Part shown: one piece after another, positions 34,046 to 44,275 of the stretch | Position numbering within the stretch: the stretch's first letter is position 1 | How the letters are laid out: every line of letters starts with the position of its first letter | DNA from: a virus | Taxonomy: Duplodnaviria > Caudoviricetes | Virus record (IMG/VR): IMGVR_UViG_3300021408_000005 | Coordinates: 1 to 56,688 of that record | Reading direction: 5' to 3' (one strand) | Length of the DNA: 56,688 nt | Position numbers and translations under genes: made by a program | The notes under the pieces: generated by a model | Database searches by the model: none | Told to the model about the DNA's origin: nothing | What the model saw: the letters and a program-made list of their open reading frames with translations, nothing else

Positions 34046-35455
34046 ATGAACGCCGCTGCCGTCGAGACCAGTATCAGCATGAGGTCGGTCTTCGACCTGT
34101 GCGGATACACGCCCCACATGGGCCAACGTCCGGTCCATCGCAGCGAAGCACGGCATCGCTGGGGCGCAATGGGTCGGCGTATGGGGAAGTCCGTCATCGG
34201 CGGCCACGAGACCACGGTTGAGGCTCTGAGGGCCGAGGACCTGGCCGAGTGGCTTCGTGAACAGGGCAAGCGCAGCGAGATATGGATCGTTGGGCCGGAG
34301 TACACGGACAGCGAGAAGGAGTTCCGGGTACTGTGGAATGATGCCAAGCGTCTCGAGTTGCCACTGGACAAGCCGGGCAGCTACTACACAGAACATGGCG
34401 ATATGATCCTGTCGCTGTGGGATGGGGCCTTCAAGGTCATCGGCAAGTCCGCCAAGTACCCATCCACCTTGGTCGGCGAGGGCCTGATGGGCGTGATCCT
34501 GTCCGAAGGCGCCAAGCTGAAGGAGTCCGTGTGGATCAAGTACCTGCGACCCACTCTTGCGGACTGGCGTGGCTGGTCGCTGGCGCTGTCAACCCCTGAA
34601 GGCAAGAACTGGTTCTATCGCAACTGGCAGAAGGGCCAAGACCCGGCGTTCCCTGACTGGGAGTCCTGGCGGATGCCGTCGTGGTGGAACACCATCGTGT
34701 TCCCAGGTGGCAAGGACGATCCTGAGATCATCGACATGTGCGCCGACATGTCGGAGATGAAGGCGCTTCAGGAGATCCATGCCTCATTCACTGATTACGT
34801 GGGTCTCGTATTCAAGGACTTCGACGAGGAGATCCACGTAGCAGACGTGAAGTACAGGGAAGACCTGCCGATCTACATCTGCTGCGATTTCGGATGGACC
34901 AACCCGTTCGTGTGCCTGGCCATTCAGATCGACGTGTGGGACAACGTCTACGTGCTGGGCGAGTATAGGGTCATGGAACGGGACATCAACGACATCGCCA
35001 GTGACCTTGACAACATCCCGATGATGCGCAACGCAATCACACTGTTCCCGGACCCCGCCGACCCCTCCTCTGCGCAGGTCCTCGGCAAGAAGCTGAAGTG
35101 CAGGGTCAACGGAGATACCGGCGGCGAGAAGAAGTTCAGGCTCGAGTACATCCGCAAGCACCTGAAGTTGCAGCCCGAGCACTTGGATGATAGCCATCCC
35201 GAGAAGCTCCCCAAGCTGTTCATTGACAGGGGGTGCGGTGAGCTCATTCGGGAAATGCTGGACTATCGATATCCCGAGAACAAGAACGAAGAGAAGCCCA
35301 ACAAGGAAGAGCCAATGGACATTGACGACCACGGTCCGGAGGCGATGGGTAGGTTCTTCCGGGGCTACTTCGGTCCGCCAGTCGGGCCAGAAACCAGGGG
35401 TCGAGCTCGTGTTGCCGGTAGCAGTGTGAGCCGACGAAGCAGAAGGGCAGCCTAG
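34046..35455 (+). CDS. terL: Terminase large subunit
   Basis: GRRMGKS, LSTPEGKNWFY, DFGWTNP, DDHGPEA. Confidence 0.92.
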   Translation: MNAAAVETSISMRSVFDLCGYTPHMGQRPVHRSEARHRWGAMGRRMGKSVIGGHETTVEALRAEDLAEWLREQGKRSEIWIVGPEYTDSEKEFRVLWNDAKRLELPLDKPGSYYTEHGDMILSLWDGAFKVIGKSAKYPSTLVGEGLMGVILSEGAKLKESVWIKYLRPTLADWRGWSLALSTPEGKNWFYRNWQKGQDPAFPDWESWRMPSWWNTIVFPGGKDDPEIIDMCADMSEMKALQEIHASFTDYVGLVFKDFDEEIHVADVKYREDLPIYICCDFGWTNPFVCLAIQIDVWDNVYVLGEYRVMERDINDIASDLDNIPMMRNAITLFPDPADPSSAQVLGKKLKCRVNGDTGGEKKFRLEYIRKHLKLQPEHLDDSHPEKLPKLFIDRGCGELIREMLDYRYPENKNEEKPNKEEPMDIDDHGPEAMGRFFRGYFGPPVGPETRGRARVAGSSVSRRSRRAA

Positions 35456-37002
35456 TGCAGTCAGACTTTCATCCATACAGCACTGCCGAGCCGCTGTTCA
35501 CTGGTAGCGCCCCGTCGTGGCTGATGGACAAGCAAGAGCAGATGCGCATCATGTCGTACATGCTGTACGAGCAGATCTACTGGTCTGTGCCAGCTGCGTT
35601 CAAACTGATCGAACGTGTGGATGCCAAGCCGATCTACATCCCTGCTGGCAAGGTCATTGTAGAGACTCTCCATCGCCACATGGGAAACGACATGTCTGTG
35701 ATATGCGACCCTGCCATCGGGACAGCATCTGAGCAGAAGACAGCGCTTGAGCTCATGGCGCTGTTCAGCAAGCGTGAGGCCCTGATCGGCAAGTTCAACT
35801 CCAACCGGCGCTATGGCATCATGCGTGGGGACTGGGCGTTCATGCTGTCTGCGGAGGCGGAGAGGGAGGAAGGCTCACGGGTCAGCATCACGTCTGTTGA
35901 TCCAGGCGCCCTGTTCCCGATCTACAAGATCGACGAAGAGTCCGGCATTGAAGACTTCGACGTTGTGATCGGCTGGCACATCGTTGAGCAGTACCTGGAC
36001 CCAGCGTTGGGGGAGGGCAAGGCGTTCATCAAGCGCACGACCTTCCGCAAGGCGACCGGTACCGGAGGACCCAGCCCGATCACGTACAGCGTCATGGTGT
36101 TCGAGCCTGACGATTGGGGCGGTCCTGCTATGGAAGGCGACGGCAGCCCGCTTGTGACTCTCATCCCTGAGGTGTCTCTTCCCGCCCCCATCGACCAGCT
36201 CCCCATCTACGTGATCCCCAACTTCGACGAGCCCGGCAACCTGTGGGGCAGCTCGGAGATGCGTGGCATTGAGCGCTTGCTGACTGCCATCAATCAGTCA
36301 ATCAGTGACGAAGACATGGAGCTCTTGATGACGGGGCTCGGGGTCTATGCGACCAACGCCGGCGTTCCCGTTGATGATGCAGGCCAGGAGAAGGGTTGGG
36401 ACCTGGGACCCGGCCGAGTGGTGGAGCTGCCGGGTACTGAGGGCGTGGAGTTCAAGCGTGTCACTGGCGTCCAGACCGTGGAACCGATGCAGGGGCACCT
36501 TTCCTATCTCCATGAGCAGCTTGATCTCTCCTCCGTCTCTCCCGCAGTGGCGAAGGGCAATGTGGAAGTTGAGGCTGCTGAGTCGGGGGTGGCCCTAGCC
36601 ATCAAGTACGGCCCACTGATCTCGCACGCCATGGAGCGTGAGCAGGTCGTGAAGGACAGGATGACCCATCTGTTCTACGGGCTTGCTCGGTGGCAGGTGG
36701 CATACGAGGGCAGTTCGTACAGCGCTATGATGAACGTGTCAATGATGCCGCTGTTCGGACCCAAGATCCCGGAGAACAAGCAGCAGTCGTTCGACAACGT
36801 GATGAAGATGCTCGCTGGCAAGGTCATCGACCTGGCTACCGGCTGGGACATGCTTCGCAAGCTGGGCTACGAGCTCCCTGACAACGCAACACTGCTGGGC
36901 GGCATAGAGGATCAGCTCACCATGGAAGCGGACGTTATGGCCAGTCGCATCAACGGTGAGGTAGATCAAGACGTCGAAGACGCCCCTGAGGACGTCGAGT
37001 AA
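35455..37002 (+). CDS. Portal protein
   Basis: Follows terL; 515 aa; 'WGSSE', 'AESGVALAIK'. Confidence 0.85.
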   Translation: MQSDFHPYSTAEPLFTGSAPSWLMDKQEQMRIMSYMLYEQIYWSVPAAFKLIERVDAKPIYIPAGKVIVETLHRHMGNDMSVICDPAIGTASEQKTALELMALFSKREALIGKFNSNRRYGIMRGDWAFMLSAEAEREEGSRVSITSVDPGALFPIYKIDEESGIEDFDVVIGWHIVEQYLDPALGEGKAFIKRTTFRKATGTGGPSPITYSVMVFEPDDWGGPAMEGDGSPLVTLIPEVSLPAPIDQLPIYVIPNFDEPGNLWGSSEMRGIERLLTAINQSISDEDMELLMTGLGVYATNAGVPVDDAGQEKGWDLGPGRVVELPGTEGVEFKRVTGVQTVEPMQGHLSYLHEQLDLSSVSPAVAKGNVEVEAAESGVALAIKYGPLISHAMEREQVVKDRMTHLFYGLARWQVAYEGSSYSAMMNVSMMPLFGPKIPENKQQSFDNVMKMLAGKVIDLATGWDMLRKLGYELPDNATLLGGIEDQLTMEADVMASRINGEVDQDVEDAPEDVE

Positions 37003-37877
37003 TGGCTGTGCCGGCAGAGGAGCTGGCACGCTCACAGGGCCTTGTACAGCCCCTCAGGATCACTGAGGGCATCACCCGGTCAGAACTGGCCGCAACGCTG
37101 CGTGCGGCCGCACAGGAGGCCGGTGAGCGGCTGCTGTTCGCCTTGGCCAACAACCGACTGACGGAAGCCGCACAGCTACAGGCATCGATCGACAGCCTCG
37201 GTTCTCTATCGCAATCCATGTGGGGTCAGATCGGCGGACAGACCCGGGCCGGCATCTACAACGCCAGTGAGCTGGCAGCCAATCACCAGATGGACCGTGA
37301 GTACTTGATGGGCATGCCCTTCAATGCGATAGGGCAGTACGCCGATGATATGTACTTCAGCGCCTTCCAGTCGGCCGAGGACATCATCAGCCGCCGGACC
37401 AACGGGTTCGCTCTGCAGGATCGTATCTACCGCAACGGCCAGGCCACTACGATGCAGGTCGGCAAGATCGTCGAGCAATCGCTGGCGCTACAGCAGTCGG
37501 CCCGGCAGATAGCAGCGAAGGTCAAGCAGTTCTACAGCCCCAACGTGCCAGGCGGAGCCAGCTACGCAGCCATGCGCCTTGGCCGCACTGAGATCAACAA
37601 CGCCCATCACGACACTACCATAAGGCTGACAGAGGATAAGCCGTGGGTGAACGGCTACAAGTGGAACCTGTCCGGCAGCCATCCCCGCCCTGACATCTGC
37701 AACATCTACGCCGAGCGCAACTCCGGCCTGTTCACCAAGAAGACCGTGCCGTCGAAGCCGCACCCTCAGTGCCTGTGCTATCTGACGGTTGAGATGGACG
37801 ACCCGGACGAGTTCCAACGTCGCATGACCAAGGGCGAGTACGACGACACCTTCGATGAGCTCGGCGTGACCTGCTAA
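37002..37877 (+). CDS. MuF-like minor head protein
   Basis: RLGRTEINNA, HPRPDIC, PHPQCLC. Confidence 0.85.
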   Translation: MAVPAEELARSQGLVQPLRITEGITRSELAATLRAAAQEAGERLLFALANNRLTEAAQLQASIDSLGSLSQSMWGQIGGQTRAGIYNASELAANHQMDREYLMGMPFNAIGQYADDMYFSAFQSAEDIISRRTNGFALQDRIYRNGQATTMQVGKIVEQSLALQQSARQIAAKVKQFYSPNVPGGASYAAMRLGRTEINNAHHDTTIRLTEDKPWVNGYKWNLSGSHPRPDICNIYAERNSGLFTKKTVPSKPHPQCLCYLTVEMDDPDEFQRRMTKGEYDDTFDELGVTC

Positions 37878-39184
37878 TGGAGAGCCTCGGTTCGTGCGTA
37901 CTGGCGAACGACAACCCGTTCAGAGGCCAGGCTGGCGACATCTTCCAGCGTCGCATCAATGGAGAGTCTTGGGCCAACATCGCCAAAGCATACGAGTTGG
38001 GGTCTCCTGCTGCCGCTCGTAACCTGTTCAAGAAACTGACGGGGGTCAGTGACTTCAAGATCAAAGGCCCTGAGCTCATCAAGCTAGCCAAGGGCGGCGT
38101 GCCGACGCCACCGAAGGTCATCAAGGCGAAGAAGCTGGGCGACCCCAAACCGGCCGATGAGATCGCAGATCTCGTTACGTTCAGCGACAAGATCTACAAG
38201 CCAGTTATTCCTTCTCCGGGGAGCTACGAGGGGATAGTCGAGCTCTACAAGTCGGGGTACGGCTATCTAGATATCTCCAAGTTCCAAGGCATACCTATCA
38301 ACAAGGTGGATGAAGTAGTTCGTCATCACCTCTTGGCCAAGAACAACGGCAACGTTTGGAAGGCTTGGAAAGAGAAGCCAAATAGTGAGCACTTGACCAA
38401 TGACTTGAGGGCCACTGTTCACAAGGCCCGCAAACAAGGTCTTGAAGTTGACGAGATAGTAAAGCACATGGGTATAGATGAGGGTGTTGTTGATGACATC
38501 CTTAAGGGTAAGTTCAATCCTTTGCCTCCTCAGGTCAAGTTCGTACCTAAGCCCATCAAGCCGGCTGCCCCAAAGGAACCACCCAAGAACATCAATAACC
38601 CGACCACATCCAAGGTCGGAAAGAAGCTTGAGGCCAACTTCGACGAGTTCCCCAAGGCCACCAATGAACTTCTCGACAGGATACACAGTCCCAGTCAACT
38701 TCCTCCAGTAACTAGGGTGGCGGTTGAGCACTACACTGGGAGCACCTATCGTGACATCAACGGCGCTTTGAGGGGAAAGAGCGAGCGCACAACGAGAGTC
38801 AACACCCTCATCAACGGCATGGACAGGGCCATGACGCCTCTCAAGCAGAACATCTCCCTTACAAGAGGGATGAACAAGCAGGGTTTGCAGATGGGGGAGA
38901 TCTCAGGCGATGCAGTGCTTGCTTTGAAGGGTAAAGTGATAAGCGACCCCGGTTACCTTAGTACTTCCACCAAGCCGGTCTTCGGTGGTGGCGGCGTCCG
39001 CATGAACCTTGAGGTGCCTGCGGGAGCGAAGGGAGTGTGGGCCAAGCCCCTCAGTCTTCATGGCGAGACTGAAAGCGAGTTCATTCTGGCCAGGGATACT
39101 CGCATCATGATCACGGCCATTGAACGCACAGACAAGGGTACATTCTCGGAAACCTGGACCGTCGTAGGGAGGGTCATAGTATGA
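37877..39184 (+). CDS. VIP2/Alt-like ADP-ribosyltransferase (R-S-E type)
   Basis: YTGSTYRDINGALR, LTRG, YLSTS, ESEFILAR. Confidence 0.88.
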   Translation: MESLGSCVLANDNPFRGQAGDIFQRRINGESWANIAKAYELGSPAAARNLFKKLTGVSDFKIKGPELIKLAKGGVPTPPKVIKAKKLGDPKPADEIADLVTFSDKIYKPVIPSPGSYEGIVELYKSGYGYLDISKFQGIPINKVDEVVRHHLLAKNNGNVWKAWKEKPNSEHLTNDLRATVHKARKQGLEVDEIVKHMGIDEGVVDDILKGKFNPLPPQVKFVPKPIKPAAPKEPPKNINNPTTSKVGKKLEANFDEFPKATNELLDRIHSPSQLPPVTRVAVEHYTGSTYRDINGALRGKSERTTRVNTLINGMDRAMTPLKQNISLTRGMNKQGLQMGEISGDAVLALKGKVISDPGYLSTSTKPVFGGGGVRMNLEVPAGAKGVWAKPLSLHGETESEFILARDTRIMITAIERTDKGTFSETWTVVGRVIV

Positions 39185-39402
39185 GCAATCCAGAGACGCC
39201 ATCGCCATTGTCAGTCGACCCTCAGTTTGAGGTCGTGGGCATTTGCCATCAGTGCGTGCATCAATACGAGTCGAATCCGTTCAAATGCTCGGCGTTTCCT
39301 GAGGGCATTCCAACTGAGATCCTCGTTGGTGACTTCATCCATACCGTGCCGTATCCTGGGGACGATGGCATTCAATACAAGCGGAAGGACGGCCAGATCT
39401 AG
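39181..39402 (+). CDS. Small Cys/His protein, candidate ART immunity partner
   Basis: CHQCVH..CSAFPEGIP..H..PYPGDDGIQY; ATGA-coupled to the ART gene. Confidence 0.7.
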   Translation: MSNPETPSPLSVDPQFEVVGICHQCVHQYESNPFKCSAFPEGIPTEILVGDFIHTVPYPGDDGIQYKRKDGQI

Positions 39403-39428
39403 CCGAACTACCAGGTAAAGGACCACGG

Positions 39429-39457
39429 TTGCATTCTGCGTACGCAGGGCGTACGCT
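39429..39457 (+). promoter_or_regulatory. Promoter for the capsid genes
   Basis: TTGCAT-N17-TACGCT. Confidence 0.6.
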
Positions 39458-39494
39458 TACCCGCACTCGGGCTAGGCGCCCGGAAAGGAACACC

Positions 39495-40286
39495 ATGTCA
39501 GTTTGGGCCGACAGTCTCCTCCAAGGCGAGGCAGACGATGATGTCCTAGCGGACCTCCGGCGGCTGTTCCCTCTCCTCTTCTCCGCAGTCATGGCTGCGG
39601 ATGACGACGATGACGGCACAGACGAGGACGAGTCCGATGACACGGACGAAGACGACGACGACGACGAAGACGACGCTGATCAGGATGACAGCGACGAGGA
39701 CGACGCCGACGACGATGATGAAGACGAGGACAAGTCCAAGAGCAAGACGAAGAAGAAGGTTGATCCCCTTCTTCGCCAGGCCAGGGACGACGCCGCTCGC
39801 CGCCGGGTACAGCTCAGAGAGTCCCGGGAGATCATCAAGCAGCGAGACGCAACGATCAAGGATCTTCAGGACAAGAGCAAGCCCGCCGACAAGAAGGTGG
39901 CAGCTCGCCTGAAGGAGCTGGAAGAGCTCACGGTCAAGCAGGCTGACGAGCTCAACGGCTACCGTCTCGAGAAGGAAGTGGTCAAGCTGGCTGCCGCCAA
40001 CAAGGTGGATGACGCCGACATGCTGGGCTACTATCTCGACAAGGCCAAGATCGTCCTCGACGAGGATGGTGAATGGCCGGACGACGTCAACGACAAGATC
40101 AAGCGTCTCAAGAAGCAACATCCTGCCTTGGTTGCCAGGGGCAACGGCAAGGAAGACGATACGGATGGCGACGAGGAAGACTCGAAGCCTTCAGTCTCTG
40201 CAACCGGCAAGGGCCGGCGTCGCACCAAGAAGGTGGACAAGCAGGGATTGGCCAAGAAGTACCCGGCTCTGGCCGGGCGCATCTAG
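39495..40286 (+). CDS. Scaffolding protein
   Basis: Acidic tract, coiled coil, KKYPAL end; upstream of the capsid genes. Confidence 0.85.
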   Translation: MSVWADSLLQGEADDDVLADLRRLFPLLFSAVMAADDDDDGTDEDESDDTDEDDDDDEDDADQDDSDEDDADDDDEDEDKSKSKTKKKVDPLLRQARDDAARRRVQLRESREIIKQRDATIKDLQDKSKPADKKVAARLKELEELTVKQADELNGYRLEKEVVKLAAANKVDDADMLGYYLDKAKIVLDEDGEWPDDVNDKIKRLKKQHPALVARGNGKEDDTDGDEEDSKPSVSATGKGRRRTKKVDKQGLAKKYPALAGRI

Positions 40287-40326
40287 CCGTATCCACCGTT
40301 AGCCCTACAACCGAAGGAGAAGTACC

Positions 40327-40746
40327 TTGGCAAGGTACGACAAGTACGATCCCATCAACGGTGGGTTCCGTGCTCCGATCGCAGCTGACCTGACGCTCGC
40401 TGCGTTCACGGCATTGCAGACCGGGAACCCGGTCGGATGCACGCTGAACAGCAGCGGTCTGGTCGTTGTCGGTGGCCCGGCCAGCCCGCTTGGGGATGGA
40501 GACATCTGTGGTCTTCTGGTCATCACCAGGACCATGCGTGCAGGCCAGATCGTCGACCTCATGACAGATGGCGAGATCGTGGAGATGGCCGGTCAGGTCG
40601 CAGGAGATACCGTGTGGATCGCCAACACCACGGGTCTTCTGGACTCAACACCCCCTGTCCTCGGCTCCAACAAAGTCCGAGCTGGTCGGGTGGTCGAGGC
40701 CACTCGCCTGATCGTCCGCCTTCAGACCGTGCAGGGTGGTGCGTGA
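40327..40746 (+). CDS. Capsid decoration/cement protein
   Basis: 'ARYDKYDPINGGFRA'; between scaffold and major capsid. Confidence 0.7.
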   Translation: MARYDKYDPINGGFRAPIAADLTLAAFTALQTGNPVGCTLNSSGLVVVGGPASPLGDGDICGLLVITRTMRAGQIVDLMTDGEIVEMAGQVAGDTVWIANTTGLLDSTPPVLGSNKVRAGRVVEATRLIVRLQTVQGGA

Positions 40747-42002
40747 TGAACCCCGTCACAGTCGACAAGGGTCCCATCTACCTTCCCGACCTGGCCCAGT
40801 TCCACAAGCCCGTGGCCAATGGTCCGGTCTTCGACCTGCGTTCGGCGTTCGCTCAGGTGGTCGCCGATGTCACGATGCAGGCCCGGGGCTACAACACCGA
40901 GGGCGACGTCCTCACACAGACCATCGACGGTCGTGATCTCAACGAGATGTGGCGTGAGTTCTCCGACATGCTCGGGTTCTGGAACGCCGCTCGTTCCACC
41001 ATCGTCGAGGCCCTGACGTTCCCGGTGGTCGAACCCATCGAGGAAGTGCCGCAGGGGTCGGGCGACGACTTCGAGCGGGCGTCGGAGTTCGGCGTTCCGA
41101 AGTCCATCCGTGGCGGGGCCTTCTTCCAGATGGCCTACGACTTCGAGTTCTACGACCTGGCCATTCGCTTCACTTGGAAGTATCTGGCTGAGGCTCGGGG
41201 CTCCCAGGTCGACTCGCTGGCCAACATGGCTCTCGAAGCCGACAACCGGCTGACCTTCAGCGCCACTCTGAGGGCCATCTTCAACAAGGCCACTCGAACG
41301 GCCGACATCCGGAACCAGGCGTACAACGTGTACGCCTTCTACAACGGTGATGCGACGATCCCGCCCAAGTGGAAGAACACCACTCACGCCGGCTCGCACG
41401 ACCACTACCTGACGACGAACCACGCTGCCAGCGGTGCGCCATCCAACCTCCTTGCCTCGACTGACGTCGATGCCATGGAGGAGCACCTGAAGCATCACGG
41501 CTACGGGCGTCAGTCCGGATCCACGCTGGTCCTGATGGTCAACTCGGTCCAGCTGGCCGTCATGCGTCAGTGGCGAGTGGCCACGGGTGCTTCGTACGAC
41601 TTCATCCCTGCCGCTGGCCAGCCGCCATGGCTGCTGCCGTCGAACACGGGTGGCGTCGTCATCCCCCAGGGCGCCGGCATCCCGTCGCAGGTCGGTGGCA
41701 TGCAGGTGGCCGGTCGGTACGGCTCCTGGCTGGTCGTCGAGGAGGACTACATCCCCATCGGCTACCTGTTCGGCTTCGCCACGGGTGGGGCCAACAACGC
41801 CACGAACCCGGTCGGCTTCCGTGAGCATCAGAACAGCGCTCTGCGGGGCCTTCAGCTCGTCAAGGGTCGTGAGCCGGACTACCCGCTCATCGACAGCTAC
41901 TACCGACGAGGGTTCGGCACGGGCGTTCGTCACCGAGGTGCGGGCGTCGTCATGCAGGTGGTCAACAGCGCCACCTACGTCATCCCGACCGACTACGCCT
42001 GA
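40746..42002 (+). CDS. Major capsid protein
   Basis: 'GYNTEGDVLTQTIDGRDLNEMW', 'FERASEFGVP'; strong codon bias. Confidence 0.88.
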   Translation: MNPVTVDKGPIYLPDLAQFHKPVANGPVFDLRSAFAQVVADVTMQARGYNTEGDVLTQTIDGRDLNEMWREFSDMLGFWNAARSTIVEALTFPVVEPIEEVPQGSGDDFERASEFGVPKSIRGGAFFQMAYDFEFYDLAIRFTWKYLAEARGSQVDSLANMALEADNRLTFSATLRAIFNKATRTADIRNQAYNVYAFYNGDATIPPKWKNTTHAGSHDHYLTTNHAASGAPSNLLASTDVDAMEEHLKHHGYGRQSGSTLVLMVNSVQLAVMRQWRVATGASYDFIPAAGQPPWLLPSNTGGVVIPQGAGIPSQVGGMQVAGRYGSWLVVEEDYIPIGYLFGFATGGANNATNPVGFREHQNSALRGLQLVKGREPDYPLIDSYYRRGFGTGVRHRGAGVVMQVVNSATYVIPTDYA

Positions 42003-42015
42003 TCGGAGATCTGAC

Positions 42016-42537
42016 ATGGCAGACCTGGCAGAAGAGCTCGCAGCCAAGCGCTACGAGGACATGACGGAGAAGGAGCTGGTCTATCTCAAGGACCACTGCC
42101 TCCTCCCGCTCGACGAGGAGATGAAGTACTTCAAGTCCGACCCTCAGGGCGGGCGTACGGTCTTCCTCCCCGAGGGCTTCGTCAACACGGGTGACATGGG
42201 CACCAAGAACAGCGGGTTCGCCAGCGGGCTTCAGCCCGAGGGTGTCGACCTGTCCGGCATCGACCGGGCCGAGGAGGCGGAACGCAAGGTCGAGGAGATG
42301 CGCCAGCAGTTGGCGCAGACCGAGGCTGAGCGGGATGCTCTGCTCGCCGCCAACGAGGCCGAAGAGGAGGAGGACGACGACGACCGTCCGTACGACGAGT
42401 ACACGGTCGCCGAGCTCCACGGCTTCATCGACGAACGCAACGCCGCACGTGCGGACGAGGGTCTCGATCCCCTCCCCAAGCCCCGTAGCAAGGGCGAGAC
42501 CATCGAAGTTCTCGAAGAGGACGACGAGACCGAGTAG
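42016..42537 (+). CDS. Acidic protein with C-terminal HeH/LEM-like motif
   Basis: GGAG SD; 'YDEYTVAELH..KGETIEVLEEDD'. Confidence 0.7.
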   Translation: MADLAEELAAKRYEDMTEKELVYLKDHCLLPLDEEMKYFKSDPQGGRTVFLPEGFVNTGDMGTKNSGFASGLQPEGVDLSGIDRAEEAERKVEEMRQQLAQTEAERDALLAANEAEEEEDDDDRPYDEYTVAELHGFIDERNAARADEGLDPLPKPRSKGETIEVLEEDDETE

Positions 42538-42543
42538 TCCACC

Positions 42544-42867
42544 ATGGCGACGGCTGGCGAGATCACGGAAGTCAGGGAGAACACGAACGAGCCGACTTCG
42601 GTCGACTTCACCGATGAGCGTATCGGTGACTTCGTGGACGACTTGGCTTCCGTGAACCTTGCCAGCGCCAAGGTTTGGGAGAAGAAAGCAGCTGCGTACG
42701 CCGACCTGGCCAACGTCACGGAGGCCGGCGCCAGGCGTGAGATGGAAGCCCTGTACGACCACGCCATCAAGCAGGCGGCGTACTGGAAGTCGAAGCACGG
42801 AGACACCCTCCCCGAGGCTGATGTCAAGGGTCGAGCCAAGGTCCATATCATCGCTAGGACCGTTTGA
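42544..42867 (+). CDS. Head-to-tail adaptor
   Basis: Position; 'WEKKAAAYADLANVTEAGARR'. Confidence 0.7.
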   Translation: MATAGEITEVRENTNEPTSVDFTDERIGDFVDDLASVNLASAKVWEKKAAAYADLANVTEAGARREMEALYDHAIKQAAYWKSKHGDTLPEADVKGRAKVHIIARTV

Positions 42868-43235
42868 TGGGTTCGGCTGAGTCGGCAACCCTGAAGTCCA
42901 CTCAGGCCTTCATCGACGAGAACGCATTTGACTTCGTGTTCCGTCGTCCTACCTGGGAGAACACAGAGGCCGGAGGACGTCGCAAGAACGGCCCGCCCAC
43001 CACTCTCCCTCCGCAGACCGGTCGCTTCGTAGAGTCCGGACTGTCTGGCGACAGGTCGGCACGAACTCTGCCTGACGGTCGTGTCGTCAACGTCTACGCA
43101 ACCATTGTTCTGATGCCAGATATGGACGTTGAGATGCTGGACTTGACGACCTACAAGGGCCAGCAATACGAGGTTGTAAGTGTGCGGGGTCGCTGGGCGA
43201 CTGATGCAGAGGTCGCCAAGCATGCCTCGCACTAA
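42867..43235 (+). CDS. Head-to-tail stopper
   Basis: Position; beta-rich. Confidence 0.65.
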   Translation: MGSAESATLKSTQAFIDENAFDFVFRRPTWENTEAGGRRKNGPPTTLPPQTGRFVESGLSGDRSARTLPDGRVVNVYATIVLMPDMDVEMLDLTTYKGQQYEVVSVRGRWATDAEVAKHASH

Positions 43236-43590
43236 GGTCAAGTGGATCAACCCCCTCAGCCGCAACATCATGGTTGGGGAGAAGACCCTTCGCCATGCTG
43301 TCTGGACGTCTATCCAGAAGGGCGCCATTGAGGGTCAGAACCACATGCGTACGAATGCACCGTGGACTGATCGTACCGGCAACGCTCGCCAGGGTCTGTT
43401 CGGCCGTGCCTTCCGGAACGGCAAGAACGGCTACACCATCGTTTACTACGGTACGGTGCCGTATCAGATCTGGCTCGAGGTTGCAAACAGCGGCACCTAC
43501 AAGATCATCGAGCCGACGTTGCAGATCATGGGGCCGAAGGTCATGTCCGATCTTCGCAGCATCATGGGCGGCATGAGGGTGGTCGGCTGA
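43222..43590 (+). CDS. Neck/tail completion (HK97 gp10-like) protein
   Basis: NAPWTDRTGNARQGL..YQIWLE. Confidence 0.75.
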   Translation: MPRTKVKWINPLSRNIMVGEKTLRHAVWTSIQKGAIEGQNHMRTNAPWTDRTGNARQGLFGRAFRNGKNGYTIVYYGTVPYQIWLEVANSGTYKIIEPTLQIMGPKVMSDLRSIMGGMRVVG

Positions 43591-44006
43591 TGTCGGATGC
43601 TGCTTGGGACGTGTTCCTCTACCAGAAGCTGACGAACACTGGTGTTCTGGTCGATCTGGTCGGCGGCATCGACAACATCTACGGTCCGGGCCGGCTGGAA
43701 GGTCCGCCCGACACCAAGCCCTTCATCGTGATACGCCAAGAGGCCGAGGTGCCTGCCAGCATCCCGAGCCGTAGCGTGTCCAACTGGTCCGTGTACGCCC
43801 ACGATGACCCAGGTGACTACATGCGCATTGGGGACGCTCTGCGTGCCGTACGGGCAGCTCTGGCCCCGGATGCGCAAGGGCTGGGGCAGCACCCGGGCGG
43901 CATATGCCGATGGGCGGGCGACTCGGCCAACCTAAGCGACGAAGTAAACCGTACGATCTGCCGTTACGGGTCGTACCAGTTCATCGGAAAGGACGGTCCC
44001 GAGTGA
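43590..44006 (+). CDS. Tail terminator
   Basis: Position; 'KPFIVIR', 'VYAHDDPGDY'. Confidence 0.7.
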   Translation: MSDAAWDVFLYQKLTNTGVLVDLVGGIDNIYGPGRLEGPPDTKPFIVIRQEAEVPASIPSRSVSNWSVYAHDDPGDYMRIGDALRAVRAALAPDAQGLGQHPGGICRWAGDSANLSDEVNRTICRYGSYQFIGKDGPE

Positions 44007-44272
44007 CCGAGTATCGCTATACCGGTCGAGGCCGGCGAACCATCTCCGAAAGCGACTTCGCCAAGCTGGGCGTGGACGTCGAGGGCGGCATCAACGTCTC
44101 CGAGGGCGAGACTGTGGAGCTGCCTGATGAGGTGGCCGATCTTCTGATCGGCATGCGTGAGCCTCTGGAGAAGGTGGAGCCGCCCGCCGACGTCGACAAG
44201 CCGGACGATCCGGAAGGTGCCGTTGACAACCCGGCCGAGCCGCAGACCCGGACCACTCGCAAGAAGAACTGA
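44003..44272 (+). CDS. Hypothetical tail-region protein
   Basis: GTGA-coupled; GAAAGGA SD. Confidence 0.6.
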   Translation: MTEYRYTGRGRRTISESDFAKLGVDVEGGINVSEGETVELPDEVADLLIGMREPLEKVEPPADVDKPDDPEGAVDNPAEPQTRTTRKKN

Positions 44273-44275
44273 TCT

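Noticed and set aside
32665-34371. Long minus-strand ORFs (also 40722-42047, 47707-48882, 49860-50858)
   Set aside because: They are antisense shadows of strongly codon-biased + strand genes and have no motifs or SD.
39600-39730. GAC/GAT-rich tandem-like tract
   Set aside because: It simply encodes the acidic region of the scaffolding protein.
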